In this document: positions 1 to 8,901 of the stretch, piece by piece | Layout of the letters: every line of letters starts with the position of its first letter | How positions within the stretch are numbered: the stretch's first letter is position 1 | Origin: Actinomycetota bacterium | GTDB taxonomy: Bacteria > Actinomycetota > Actinomycetes > S36-B12 | Assembly (NCBI GenBank): GCA_016870515.1 | Contig: VGBL01000005.1 | Coordinates: 67,373 to 131,372, forward strand | Length of the DNA: 64,000 nt | Direction: 5' to 3' | Made by a program: the position numbers and the translations under genes | The notes under the pieces: generated by a model | Database searches by the model: none | The model's input: only the letters and a program-made list of their open reading frames with translations | What the model was told of the DNA's origin: nothing

Positions 1-30
1 AGGACGTACGTCTGCTGACTTACTGGCCAT
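1..30 (-). CDS. rpmG: 50S ribosomal protein L33, first 10 codons only (gene runs off the window start)
   Basis: Minus-strand ATG at 30..28 is preceded by AGGAGGG. The codons read MASKSADVRP, the conserved actinobacterial L33 N-terminus. It lies next to tRNA-Met and tRNA-Thr, as is typical. Confidence 0.7.
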   Translation of the reverse strand, partial: MASKSADVRP

Positions 31-71
31 GAGGGCCCTCCTGTCGTGCCTATCGGACGAACACTGGCGGG

Positions 72-145
72 TAGCGGAGGCCGGACTTGAACCGGCGACA
101 CAGCGATTATGAGCCGCTTGCTCTACCAGGCTGAGCTACTCCGCC
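72..145 (-). tRNA. tRNA-Met (anticodon CAT; elongator type, an Ile2-lysidine tRNA cannot be excluded)
   Basis: The reverse complement folds as a cloverleaf. Acceptor GGCGGAG/CTCCGCT, D-arm GCTC..GAGC, anticodon loop CTCATAA, T-arm GCCGG-TTCAAGT-CCGGC. CCA is not encoded. Confidence 0.85.
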
Positions 146-177
146 GTGGGGAGCCGACGGGTGCCGGCGCCCCTCCG

Positions 178-250
178 AGCCCCTTTACGGAATCGAACCG
201 TAGACCTTCTCCTTACCATGGAGACGCTCTGCCGACTGAGCTAAAGGGGC
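178..250 (-). tRNA. tRNA-Thr (anticodon GGT)
   Basis: Reverse complement: acceptor GCCCCTT/AAGGGGC, D-arm GCTC-AGTCGGCA-GAGC, anticodon stem TCTCC/GGAGA with loop ATGGTAA, T-arm TACGG-TTCGATT-CCGTA. Confidence 0.88.
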
Positions 251-312
251 GCGCGAACGCCCGTGAAGCGTACAGGGCGGCCCCCAGCACAGCGAAACGA
301 GGGATCGAGCCC

Positions 313-870
313 CTAATTGGGCGTGAGGGTCGTGGCGCCCGATCCGATCCGCATGCCCTCGGCGAAGGCATGCACACCGAGCGCGGAGTTGAGGATGCCG
401 GCCACGCCCGGAGCGAGCTTGACGGTGTACGTAGTCGACGGGCCGGACGTCTTGACCTTGGTGAGGGTGAAGATCGTCGCGGTGCCCAGATCGGTGTCGG
501 TGGCGTAGACCCGGCCCTTGAGGGTCCCCTTGGCGGGGTCGGCGGTCAGATTGCTCACCACGACCGTGCGCCAGCCCATGGACCCGTAGTGGGAGAGGAA
601 TAGCGACCCGGCGTGCGAGATCTTGCCATTCTTGACGCCGGTCGCCGGGAACTCCAGGGCGAGCTTGCCGGGCGACAGGATCGTGCTGCCACCGGGGTCC
701 TCGCCGTTCACGACGACGTTGGCGGCCAGCAGGGCCTTGGTCACGTCGTAGTTCACTCGAACGGCGGTCACGCCGATTGGCGTGCTGTCGGCGGCGACAG
801 CGGCCGTTGACGGAGCAAGGAACGCTCCCACCACGCCGACGCTGATAACAATCCCCACTAGTCGCTTCAT
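313..870 (-). CDS. secreted hypothetical protein (185 aa)
   Basis: ORF 313..1341 was trimmed to ATG 870, which has GGAGGG just upstream. MKRLVGIVISVGVVGAFLAPSTAAVAA looks like a signal peptide. The upstream part of the long ORF is antisense to the SDR gene. No family recognised. Confidence 0.6.
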   Translation of the reverse strand: MKRLVGIVISVGVVGAFLAPSTAAVAADSTPIGVTAVRVNYDVTKALLAANVVVNGEDPGGSTILSPGKLALEFPATGVKNGKISHAGSLFLSHYGSMGWRTVVVSNLTADPAKGTLKGRVYATDTDLGTATIFTLTKVKTSGPSTTYTVKLAPGVAGILNSALGVHAFAEGMRIGSGATTLTPN

Positions 871-970
871 GACATGCCCTCCAATGCCTGGGAACATCAC
901 TCTACCCAATCCTGTCCGGCGTCGGCCGCCCGCCGATAAGGTCACAGGGCGGGCCATGTTGACTAGGGTC

Positions 971-1900
971 ATGACCGAGAAGTGGACCGTCGCCGACATC
1001 CCCGACCAGTCCGGACGCCGCGTGATCGTCACCGGCGCCAACTCCGGGCTTGGCTTCGAGACCTCCCTGGCCCTCGCCACGAGGCACGCCGCGGTCACCA
1101 TGGCGGTGCGGGACACCGGCAAGGGAGAAGCGGCAGCCGCCGACATTCGCGCTCGAACGCCCGGGGCCGACGTGGAGGTGCGCCGCCTCGACCTGGCCGA
1201 CCTTGCCTCGATCGATGAGTTCGCCTGGCTGTGGCGAGAGTCCCATCCCGACGGTCTGGACATGCTCATCAACAACGCCGGGATCATGGCCATCCCGCGC
1301 CGCGACACCGCCGACGGCTTCGAGATGCAACTCGGCACCAATCATCTCGGGCACTTCGCGCTCACCGGGCGGCTGCTCGAGGCGATTCGACCCGAGGGAC
1401 GCATCGTCACCGTGTCCTCACAGGCTCATCGCATGGGCCGCATGGACTTCGAAGACCTCATGGGTGAGCGCAAGTACGGCGCGTGGCGGGCCTACGGCCA
1501 GAGCAAGCTCGCCAACCTGCTCTTCATGCGCGGCCTCGCCGAGCGACTCGAGCGCGCCGGGTCGAGTATCGCGTCCGTCGCTGCGCATCCCGGCTTCGCG
1601 AGCACTCACCTGCAGGCGGTGGCACCCGAGATGAAGGGTCGCGGCTGGCAGGTCAAGATCATGGACGGCGTCAACAAGGTGATGGCCCAGAGCGCAGCGA
1701 TGGGTGCGCTCCCCACGCTCTATTCCGCGACCTTCCCCGCGATCCGCAGCGGCGACTACGTCGGTCCGGACGGTTTCGGCGAGCAGCGCGGCCACCCCAA
1801 GCTCGTGGGCATGAACGCGTCAGCCCGCGATGACGAGGCAGCCAACCGGCTTTGGACCGTGAGCGAGGAGCTCACGGGCGTGCGCTACCTCGACGACTAG
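971..1900 (+). CDS. short-chain dehydrogenase/reductase (SDR) family oxidoreductase
   Basis: Carries the TGANSGLG Rossmann motif, NNAGIM and the YGQSK catalytic Tyr/Lys. Start ATG 971 (MTEKW); alternative ATG at 956. Confidence 0.85.
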   Translation: MTEKWTVADIPDQSGRRVIVTGANSGLGFETSLALATRHAAVTMAVRDTGKGEAAAADIRARTPGADVEVRRLDLADLASIDEFAWLWRESHPDGLDMLINNAGIMAIPRRDTADGFEMQLGTNHLGHFALTGRLLEAIRPEGRIVTVSSQAHRMGRMDFEDLMGERKYGAWRAYGQSKLANLLFMRGLAERLERAGSSIASVAAHPGFASTHLQAVAPEMKGRGWQVKIMDGVNKVMAQSAAMGALPTLYSATFPAIRSGDYVGPDGFGEQRGHPKLVGMNASARDDEAANRLWTVSEELTGVRYLDD

Positions 1901-1937
1901 CGACGCCAAGGGTCAAAGAGCTGTGTGAACAGGGATC

Positions 1938-3134
1938 TCACGCAAGGACGGTGTCGAGCCAGTCGAAGATGCGCTGGGCGCGCACCTGCGGAGCCATGGG
2001 CTCGCAGTGCCAGTTGGCTCCCTCGGCAGCGGTGAACACCGTGAGCTCCTTGCCCGCGGCCGTCACCAGGTCATAGAGCTCCTGTGACTGGCCCGGCCAA
2101 AACTGCTCGTCCTCAGGGGACGTGATGAGAATCGGGCAGGCGATCTTGGGGGCATCGTCAGTGAGATCCCAGGCCTTGAGCTCGGTGAGCACCGCAGCAA
2201 TGGAAGTCACTCCATAGGGCTCCAGTCGCTTCGCGGCGGTGAGTTTCAGGCTCGGGTTCTGTGTGGCGACCTGGGCCATGATCTGGTCGAACTCGGACGT
2301 CTGGCCTGCGTCAATCATTCCCAGGAGTTCGGGCGGGAAGTGCCGCGTCCAGGACTCGCCCACGCGCACCACGCCCGGGTCTGCGACAGCTGCTGCGATC
2401 CGATGCTCGTACGCCGCTGCGCGCGGGACCCAGTACCCGGCCTGGCTGAGGCCCGACATGGCAATGCGTGCCGGATCCACGTCGGGACGTTTGAGAAGGA
2501 AGTCGACTACCGGGGTGATGACCGCCTCCCAGTCCCGACGGAAGTACAACTTCTGCTCATAGAGCGCATAGCCCTGGCCGGGCCCGTCGACCGTGATGGC
2601 GTGGTACCCACGAGCCACCGCATCCAGCGCGCCTGCCGACAGCATGTCGCTCACCGGACCGTCGGAGCCGTTGACGAGGATGACGACAGGCCGCCGCTCG
2701 TTGCCCGCCGACCAGAAGTAGCCGTGGAGGTGCGTGCCTTCGTAGGGGACGTCGACCTTCTCCACCGGTGTCGGCCACAGATGCATGGCCTTCTCGAAGG
2801 CAGCGCGGTGCCATCGCCACGTCGCAATCTCCCGTCCGGGATCTTGGGTAGCAAGGACATAGAAGAACGCTGCGCCGGCGTAGACGGAGGCGCGCAAGTA
2901 GGCGTCGCGAGCCGATGCCACATGCCCTGCCTTTTCCGACTCTTCGGCGATACTGTGGACGCGCTTGGCTGTCGTCATCCACTCTTCGAACCACAAGTCC
3001 GCGTCGCCATCTGCTATGCGCTCGACGGTCGCGAGCACCTCGCCCGCCTCTGCCATCCGATACGCCGTGGCACCGAGCACCTGCAGAGCTGCGAACTCGA
3101 ATCCCTGCTCCTGGAAGAACCACTGCTTCGGCAT
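1938..3134 (-). CDS. alpha/beta hydrolase (398 aa)
   Basis: Full-length ORF with AGGAGAAGAGG before ATG 3134. Has the nucleophile elbow GLSQAG and the general alpha/beta-fold layout. Subfamily not certain. Confidence 0.75.
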   Translation of the reverse strand: MPKQWFFQEQGFEFAALQVLGATAYRMAEAGEVLATVERIADGDADLWFEEWMTTAKRVHSIAEESEKAGHVASARDAYLRASVYAGAAFFYVLATQDPGREIATWRWHRAAFEKAMHLWPTPVEKVDVPYEGTHLHGYFWSAGNERRPVVILVNGSDGPVSDMLSAGALDAVARGYHAITVDGPGQGYALYEQKLYFRRDWEAVITPVVDFLLKRPDVDPARIAMSGLSQAGYWVPRAAAYEHRIAAAVADPGVVRVGESWTRHFPPELLGMIDAGQTSEFDQIMAQVATQNPSLKLTAAKRLEPYGVTSIAAVLTELKAWDLTDDAPKIACPILITSPEDEQFWPGQSQELYDLVTAAGKELTVFTAAEGANWHCEPMAPQVRAQRIFDWLDTVLA

Positions 3135-3161
3135 GTCGGCCTCTTCTCCTTCTCGGTCGTG

Positions 3162-4322
3162 CTACTGATGCGCGGGGTTAATGACGACCTTGAGGCTATC
3201 GGGGCTCATCGAGGTGTGCAGGGCAAGGTCGGCATCGGCGAGCCCGAATTCATGGCTCACGAACTCCTCGAAGGGGTAGCGGTCGGCGTAGCGCTCGAGC
3301 AGTCGCAGGGCCGGGCCGTAGCCGGTCGACGGATGGTTGGTGAGCCCGATCAGACGGATGTTCTTGCTGCAGACGTGGCGGTGGACGTTCATGGTGATCT
3401 CGCCGGTGTCAGCGAAGTTGCCCATCTCGAGCATCATGCCGCCGCGCTTGAGCATCTCGATGCCCTCGACGAACGATGCGGGGGTATTGGCCATGTAGAG
3501 GACGACGTCGGCACCGCGACCGTGGGTCAACTTCTTGACCTCGGCGATCCGCTCCTCCGGACTGGTCGTCGTCACATTAAGCGTGACCTCTGCGCCGCAG
3601 CGCTTGGCGAAGGCGAGTCGATGCTCCGACAGGTCGGTGGCGATGATCTGACCGGCGCCCATCATGTCGGCCTTGGCGATGTGCAGCAGGCCTAGCGGGC
3701 CCGCGCCGATGACGACGATCGTGTCGGCCGAGTTGAAGCCCTCCATGGCATAGGAGGAGAACTCCTTGACCTTGTCCAGCGATGCCGTGCAGGCCATGAG
3801 TTCGGCGAGCACGGCAACCCGCGGCGACAGGCTGCTCGGCACTTTGTAGACGAAGGTGTCGGGGCGCAGGTACATCTGCTCGGCCATGCCGCCGAAGAGG
3901 TGCGGCGCGACGGCAGAGGACAGCGAGTTGCCGTAGGCGACGCTGTTTTCGCACCAGACGTATCCCATGACGTGCTTGCACTCGTAGCAGTGACCGCAGA
4001 CGACGTCGGGGCACATGGTCACGCGGTCACCTACCTTGAGCGGCTTGCCGTAGAACTCCAGCCCCTCGGCAGCACCGGGACCGAGCTCGGAGATCACGCC
4101 GACGTTCTCGTGGCCCTGGATGATGGGGAACGGCGTATCGCACTCGGCCGGAGTGCCGACGTATTGCTTGGTCTCCCCCATGTAGGTGTGCTTGTCCGTG
4201 CCGCAGATGCCAGCCATCTCCATCTGCATGAGCGCCGCTCGCGGCGCCAGCGTCGGCCAGGGGAAGGACTGCACCTCGTAGTGGCCGGGGGCGGTCAGGA
4301 CTGCGGCACGGACATCGCCCAT
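3162..4322 (-). CDS. zinc-dependent alcohol dehydrogenase family (MDR) oxidoreductase
   Basis: Catalytic Zn motifs GICGTDKH and GHENVG, structural-Zn cysteines CGHCYEC, and the GAGPLG NAD-binding fold. Substrate unknown. Confidence 0.85.
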   Translation of the reverse strand: MGDVRAAVLTAPGHYEVQSFPWPTLAPRAALMQMEMAGICGTDKHTYMGETKQYVGTPAECDTPFPIIQGHENVGVISELGPGAAEGLEFYGKPLKVGDRVTMCPDVVCGHCYECKHVMGYVWCENSVAYGNSLSSAVAPHLFGGMAEQMYLRPDTFVYKVPSSLSPRVAVLAELMACTASLDKVKEFSSYAMEGFNSADTIVVIGAGPLGLLHIAKADMMGAGQIIATDLSEHRLAFAKRCGAEVTLNVTTTSPEERIAEVKKLTHGRGADVVLYMANTPASFVEGIEMLKRGGMMLEMGNFADTGEITMNVHRHVCSKNIRLIGLTNHPSTGYGPALRLLERYADRYPFEEFVSHEFGLADADLALHTSMSPDSLKVVINPAHQ

Positions 4323-4339
4323 GCGCTCACGCTAGGCAT

Positions 4340-4490
4340 CGATGCGGCGCCTGTCCTGGATTTGGCGTTCCCCCCCCGTTGCCGCAGTGGCCTGAGCTCA
4401 CACAGACGCCAAACCCGACCGTGCGGCGGGGGGCATCCCCGGCTTGGACACCACGATTTCCGCACCGCGGTGACACCTGTCAAGACGACA
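4340..4490 (-). promoter_or_regulatory. structured 5' leader of the ADH/hydrolase operon with cobalamin-riboswitch-like sequence blocks (unverified)
   Basis: The minus strand reads, in order: GCGGAAAUCGUGGUGUCCAAGCC, GCCCCCCGCCGCACGGU, GCCACUG, GGGGGGGGAACGCC, AUCCAGGACAGGCGCC. These resemble the conserved RF00174 blocks as I recall them. There are several mismatches and no covariance-model run. Confidence 0.25.
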
Positions 4491-4604
4491 AAGATACGTC
4501 ACGCTGAAGGTCGGCTTCAGCCGCGCCGAACTTCAGTGACGACTCAGTTGGCAGTCGACGATCATTCAGAGCGCGCCCAGCATTAGGCGATGCGGGAAGC
4601 GAAA

Positions 4605-4630
4605 GGCCCCCGGCGGTATCACCGGGGGCC
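4605..4630 (-). terminator. intrinsic terminator hairpin downstream of tRNA-Tyr
   Basis: A 9-bp GC stem GGCCCCCGG/CCGGGGGCC with an 8-nt loop, followed on the minus strand by TTTCGCTT. Confidence 0.55.
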
Positions 4631-4637
4631 GCGCGCG

Positions 4638-4718
4638 TGGCAGGTAGAGGATTCGAACCTCTGTAGCTTTCGCGACGGATTTACAGTCCGCTCCCATTGG
4701 CCGCTCGGGCAACCTGCC
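4638..4718 (-). tRNA. tRNA-Tyr (anticodon GTA), long variable arm
   Basis: Reverse complement: acceptor GGCAGGT/ACCTGCC, anticodon loop CTGTAAA, long variable arm, T-arm AGAGG-TTCGAAT-CCTCT. Confidence 0.88.
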
Positions 4719-4750
4719 AGGGCGCATAAGACTAATGGGGCCGACCTCGA

Positions 4751-5374
4751 TCAGCGGGACCGGGCCATCCACACAGCCTCGACCAGACTCGATGCCGTCA
4801 GCACGTCGGAGGCAAAGGCACTCGACGTCGCTGGAACGCCAATGAATCCCCCGCCCGCGTCGACCGCGGCCGCCCGGTCCCAGGAGGAGTCGCCGATCAT
4901 CACGCAGCCCTCGACGTCGACGCCGAGGAGCTGCGCCGCCGCCACGAGACCGTCGCCATAGGGCTTTGCTCTAATCCCCGGATCGCGCCCGATGATGACC
5001 TCCACGGGGAAGCCGTGGTGATCAAGGACCTCGCGGGCTACGTCCGGTGGCAGGAGGGTGACGACCGCGTAGGGCGTCCCGACGCAGGCAGCGCCCACTT
5101 CAGCGAGCCCGGGCATGGGAGTGGATCGGGGAATGGCCGCGCGCTCATGGGCCGCAACCGCCGCGGATGCGGGCCCCCACCGAGGGTCATTCGATAGGGC
5201 AACGAGGATGGCCATGCATTCCAGGGTTGGCGCATCCCAGTCAGCATCGAGAACCTCGAACTCCGACCACCCCTCCAGCAGCGAATGCAGATCTGCCAGC
5301 GCAGCCGCGTAGTCGGTGTGGTTTTGAAGGTCCACCAGGGTGCGGTCGAGGTCAAAGAGGATCGGCCGCTGCAT
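4751..5374 (-). CDS. HAD-family hydrolase (207 aa)
   Basis: ORF 4751..5599 was trimmed to ATG 5374. Motif I FDLDRT (DxDxT) follows the start immediately, and motif IV is GDSSWD. Confidence 0.75.
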   Translation of the reverse strand: MQRPILFDLDRTLVDLQNHTDYAAALADLHSLLEGWSEFEVLDADWDAPTLECMAILVALSNDPRWGPASAAVAAHERAAIPRSTPMPGLAEVGAACVGTPYAVVTLLPPDVAREVLDHHGFPVEVIIGRDPGIRAKPYGDGLVAAAQLLGVDVEGCVMIGDSSWDRAAAVDAGGGFIGVPATSSAFASDVLTASSLVEAVWMARSR

Positions 5375-5462
5375 GGTCACATCGTCGCGGATCGATGCTT
5401 GGCCGGCAACGCAATCAAGGCAGTTCATTCGGCTCCTAGCGTGATGGCAAACGAGCAGGGCC

Positions 5463-6069
5463 GTGCGCATCGACGGGAATGTCTTCGTGGTAACCGGAGC
5501 GGGCAGTTGCATCGGGTGAGCGTCGAAGCGCTTCCAGAGCGGGTGATTGCGCATCACGGCCGCGTGGATGGTCTTATCAACCTCGCTGGAATCATCCACA
5601 GATTCGTTCCCTTGACAAACTCGGTATGGATGAAATCGAGCGCATCATGGGCGTCAACTTCTGGGGCACCCTCTACCTCGACTTAGCCTTCCCTCCGCTG
5701 CTCAAGGATCGGCCCGAGGCCTGCCTGGTCGATGTCTCGAGCGAAGGCGCTCTCACGCCCGTGCCCGGGCAGAGCGTCTACGGGGCCAGCAAGGGAGCGG
5801 TAAAACTTCTCACCGAGGGGCTGTGAGCCGAACTGCGCGGCACCAACGTCGCCGTTACCATCGTGTTCCCGGGTGGCACCAACACCGGCATATCGGGCAA
5901 TTCAGGAGTGACTCCTCCACGTATTACCGCCGGACGGATGCCTCGCATCCTCTCGGCGGAGAGCCTGATGGTCACGCCCATGGCGATCATCGGTGCCATC
6001 GTGGGCGTGGCCATGCCAATGGCCTTCGACAAGGCCACCGGACAAGCCGGTGTCCCGATGACCCACTAG
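5463..6069 (+). pseudogene. SDR-family oxidoreductase pseudogene (frameshifts, internal deletion, in-frame TGA)
   Basis: SDR motifs are spread over three frames. VVTGAGSCIG is in frame 0 and stops at 5517. RVDGLINLAGII is in frame 2. SS...YGASK...PGGTNT is in frame 1, with TGA at 5824-5826 inside LTEGL*AELRG. Confidence 0.8.
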
Positions 6070-6743
6070 CCGAGCGCGAAGGCACCCGGCGTCGTGGCTA
6101 GCACGGCAAAGCCCACGATCAGACCGACCGTGCTCAGGACGAGCAAGCCGATCTGGATGCCTCGCCGCTGCACGATGGTCGTGAGGCCGGCGATGAAGAG
6201 CACGACGGCGAAGAAGACGTTGGCGAGGTTGAAGCGGTCGGAGTTGGCGTCTGCCGCCTCGGCGGCGACCCGCGATGCCTCTGCCTGCTCGTCGTAGGCC
6301 TGGCCCTCGGCCAGCAACACCTGGCTCTGCAGGCTGGCGAAGGCGGGGTTCTCCGGGACAAAGGGCGTGGGAGGCGTGGTCTCCTCCGGCTCGTCGCGCC
6401 ACCACGCGAATGCGGCGTAGAGCTCCTCGCTCATGATGCCCTCGGTGAGGTAGTCGTAGGCGACGGTATTGCCGTCCTGGCTCGAGGAGACACCGGCCAG
6501 GGCTGCATCGACGAAGAGCGTGAGCTCCTGCTGCCGCTCTTGACCCGACCTGATGTAGGCGTCATTGGCGAGCGCGAGGGTCGCCTGCTGCTCGGAGTAG
6601 CTCTTCAGCACGAGGTCACTGGTGAGCGACTCCCGGTAGGCCGACCATGCGGTGAGCACGGCCGCCATGCCGAGGAGCACTGCAGCCGTAATGGCCAGGG
6701 CGCCCTGGGTCGAATTGGCCCTCTCGACGCTGGGGTCGCTCAT
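6066..6743 (-). CDS. hypothetical membrane protein (225 aa)
   Basis: Intact ORF with one N-terminal TM (ALAITAAVLLGMAAVLTAW) and two C-terminal TMs around an acidic helical middle. Family not recognised with confidence. Confidence 0.6.
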   Translation of the reverse strand: MSDPSVERANSTQGALAITAAVLLGMAAVLTAWSAYRESLTSDLVLKSYSEQQATLALANDAYIRSGQERQQELTLFVDAALAGVSSSQDGNTVAYDYLTEGIMSEELYAAFAWWRDEPEETTPPTPFVPENPAFASLQSQVLLAEGQAYDEQAEASRVAAEAADANSDRFNLANVFFAVVLFIAGLTTIVQRRGIQIGLLVLSTVGLIVGFAVLATTPGAFALG

Positions 6744-6880
6744 GTCTTCTCCGAGGTGGCGGTGCCCTGCACGCTATCAGTCTGGTCCCTGCACGTGCGG
6801 GTGCCACCACCTATTCGCCATTCGCGTCTTGGGGGTGGTTTGAGCGGGGTTGGCCAGAGCGTCGATGACATGCACGCCGG

Positions 6881-7045
6881 GTTACTGACCCAGCGCTGGA
6901 AGCGGCCCAGCCGATCGTCGACGCCGTCTCCAACGGCACCTTCCACGTGGTCATCGGCCGTGACGCCTACCTGCTCGATCGGCTGTCACGTCTGACCCCA
7001 TGCCGGGCGATCGAGATCGTTGCCGATCGCATGAAGGCCTACCTA
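6881..7045 (+). pseudogene. orphan SDR C-terminal remnant (about 55 codons, no start)
   Basis: After a TGA at 6866 the frame reads [55 protein letters not shown]. This matches the C-terminal tail typical of one SDR subfamily. No upstream catalytic part is in frame. Confidence 0.4.
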
Positions 7046-7119
7046 GCCTGCGAGCGGCGGGCACCCGATCGCCTGATACCCGGTGCAGGCCAGCGGAGCC
7101 ATACGCCAGAATGTCGCCC

Positions 7120-7611
7120 ATGGCCGACAACAGCTTCGACATCGTTTCCAAGCTCGACCGCGCGGAGGTCGATAACGCCGTCTCTCAGGCGGCCAAGGAA
7201 CTCGCCCAGCGCTTCGACTTCAAGGGCACCGGTGCCAAGGTCGAGTTCAAGGGCGAGATGACCATCGAACTCGAGGCGGAGACCGAGGACCGCGTCAAGG
7301 CGGCCCTTGAGGTGCTGAAGGAGAAGCTCATCAAGCGCGGCGTCAGCCTGAAGGTGCTCAACGCCGGCGACGCCCGCGCATCGGGTCGCCTGCACAAGAT
7401 CACCTGCCAGCTCAAGGAAGGCATCAACCAGGAGCAGGCCAAGAAACTCGCCAAGCTCATCCGCGACGAGGGCCCGAAGAAGGTCAAGACTCAGGTGCAG
7501 GGCGAGGAGCTCCGCGTGTCGAGCTCAAGCCGCGACGACCTGCAGGAGGTCATCCAGCTCGTCAAGGATGCCAACCTCGACTTCCCCGTGCAGTTCGTCA
7601 ACTACCGCTGA
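7120..7611 (+). CDS. yajQ: YajQ-family nucleotide-binding protein (UPF0234)
   Basis: [21 protein letters not shown]...QFVNYR matches the highly conserved YajQ sequence end to end. Alternative ATG at 7111. Confidence 0.9.
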   Translation: MADNSFDIVSKLDRAEVDNAVSQAAKELAQRFDFKGTGAKVEFKGEMTIELEAETEDRVKAALEVLKEKLIKRGVSLKVLNAGDARASGRLHKITCQLKEGINQEQAKKLAKLIRDEGPKKVKTQVQGEELRVSSSSRDDLQEVIQLVKDANLDFPVQFVNYR

Positions 7612-7949
7612 GGGGCGCTCGACAGCCAGTCGGCCAGCCGCTGGGTCTCGTGCACGAGACCGCCCGCGTCCTGTGACGCGTAGTCGTGCTCCGGCGACCA
7701 GAAGAGCGCGTCGAAGGGGCATGCCTCGACGCAGATGCCGCAATACATGCACAGTCCCCAGTCGATCGTGAAGCGATCGAGGACTGCGACGTAGCGAGGG
7801 CGACGCGCACCGGGCTCGGTGACCTCTTCGGTGTGGCTGTCGATCTCGATGCACCAGTCAGGGCACTCGCGCACGCAGATCATGCACGAGGTGCACGACA
7901 CCGGATCAAGCGCGATGACACCGCGCGCCTGACGGGGCACCTCCGTCAC
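7602..7949 (-). CDS. NuoI-like 2x[4Fe-4S] ferredoxin-type protein (paralogue, not the canonical nuoI)
   Basis: Two CxxCxxCxxxCP motifs ([12 protein letters not shown] and [12 protein letters not shown]). The ATG overlaps the upstream stop (ATGA at 7946-7949). Confidence 0.8.
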   Translation of the reverse strand: MTEVPRQARGVIALDPVSCTSCMICVRECPDWCIEIDSHTEEVTEPGARRPRYVAVLDRFTIDWGLCMYCGICVEACPFDALFWSPEHDYASQDAGGLVHETQRLADWLSSAPQR

Positions 7950-8428
7950 GACTCCGCCTCGCGCAGCCAGTCGGCGGGCACTCCGGGGGGCGGGCTCGTC
8001 CGGCGCGTACGCCGCCCTGATGACGCACCCTCCTCATGACCACTGCGAGCGCCCGGCCACGGGGTGACGGCACGTGCACCGAGCACGGTCTCCTTGCGCA
8101 GCGGATGAAGCCCCAGGCCCGGGGCGAGCAACAGCGGTCGTGGATCAGGGTGACCGTCGAACTCCACGCCGAACATCTCGGCAATCTCCCGCTCGTGCCA
8201 TGAGGCGCCCGGCAGCACGTCGACGAGCGAGCCCAGCCGTGGCTCGCGTCGATCAACCGAGGTGGTGACAGTGCTGATCTCAGCGGTGCCGGGGCGCAGG
8301 AGGACGAGCACGATCTCGATGCGCTGCGCCTCGGGATAGTCCACAGCGGTCAGCAGATCGAGGTAGGCGAAGCCCTGGGCAACCTGGGCGCGGATGCTCG
8401 ACGCCCAGTCGCGCGGATCGACGTTCAT
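7946..8428 (-). CDS. NuoC-like (30-kDa subunit family) protein, paralogue
   Basis: Contains [24 protein letters not shown] and HPLRKE, the signature of the NuoC family. The C-terminal 45 aa are low complexity. ATGA overlap with the upstream gene. Confidence 0.75.
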   Translation of the reverse strand: MNVDPRDWASSIRAQVAQGFAYLDLLTAVDYPEAQRIEIVLVLLRPGTAEISTVTTSVDRREPRLGSLVDVLPGASWHEREIAEMFGVEFDGHPDPRPLLLAPGLGLHPLRKETVLGARAVTPWPGARSGHEEGASSGRRTRRTSPPPGVPADWLREAES

Positions 8429-8901
8429 GCCGACTCCGCCAACTGCACGATCGCGTCGACAAGGGCCTCCGGGCGAGGAGGGCAGCCCGGCACGTAAGAG
8501 CGGACGGGGAGCACCTGATCGACGCCCTTGGTGACCGAGTAGGAGTCCCAGTAGGGGCCGCCGGAGTTACTGCACGCGCCGAACGACATGGCCACCTTAG
8601 GCTCGGGCATCTCCTCCCAGGCGGCCAAGACCGCCGGCGCAAGGGCATCGGTGACCGTGCCCGAGACGACTAGGACGCGGGCCTGCCCTGGGTCGCCGTC
8701 CGCCACCGGGACGAGCAGGCCTCGCCCGAGGGCGGCGGTGAATTCCACGGCGCAGCAGGCCAGCCCTAGGTCGGCGACGTGCACCCGCACTCCGGGGGCG
8801 CCGGCGACGGCATACACGCTCACCCGGGCAGGGTAGTCCGCCACTCCCGGCACCCGAAGCACGCCAGACCGGTCCGGGGGGTAGAGAATGAGGGCACCCA
8901 T
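8425..8901 (-). CDS. NuoB-like (20-kDa, N2-cluster family) protein, paralogue
   Basis: [21 protein letters not shown] and [10 protein letters not shown] retain all four Cys ligands of the NuoB family. The start is uncertain: ATG 8901 was chosen, and several in-frame GTGs lie down to about 8820. Confidence 0.75.
   Translation of the reverse strand: MGALILYPPDRSGVLRVPGVADYPARVSVYAVAGAPGVRVHVADLGLACCAVEFTAALGRGLLVPVADGDPGQARVLVVSGTVTDALAPAVLAAWEEMPEPKVAMSFGACSNSGGPYWDSYSVTKGVDQVLPVRSYVPGCPPRPEALVDAIVQLAESA

Noticed and set aside
251-4637. The four-gene block between tRNA-Thr and tRNA-Tyr as a tRNA-targeted genomic island
   Set aside because: No integrase, no direct repeat of a tRNA 3' end and no visible compositional break. 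Other actinobacteria also have ordinary genes between these tRNAs, so the evidence is insufficient.
5824-5826. In-frame TGA in the SDR gene as a possible selenocysteine codon
   Set aside because: The same gene has two further frame changes and an internal deletion. SDRs are not selenoproteins, and no SECIS-like hairpin follows. It is a nonsense mutation in a pseudogene.
7602-8901. Second nuoB/C/I set as an assembly duplication of the canonical operon
   Set aside because: The protein sequences differ extensively from the canonical NuoB, NuoC and NuoI in the same window. The gene order (B-C-I with overlapping stops and starts) also differs from A-B-C-D-...-I.
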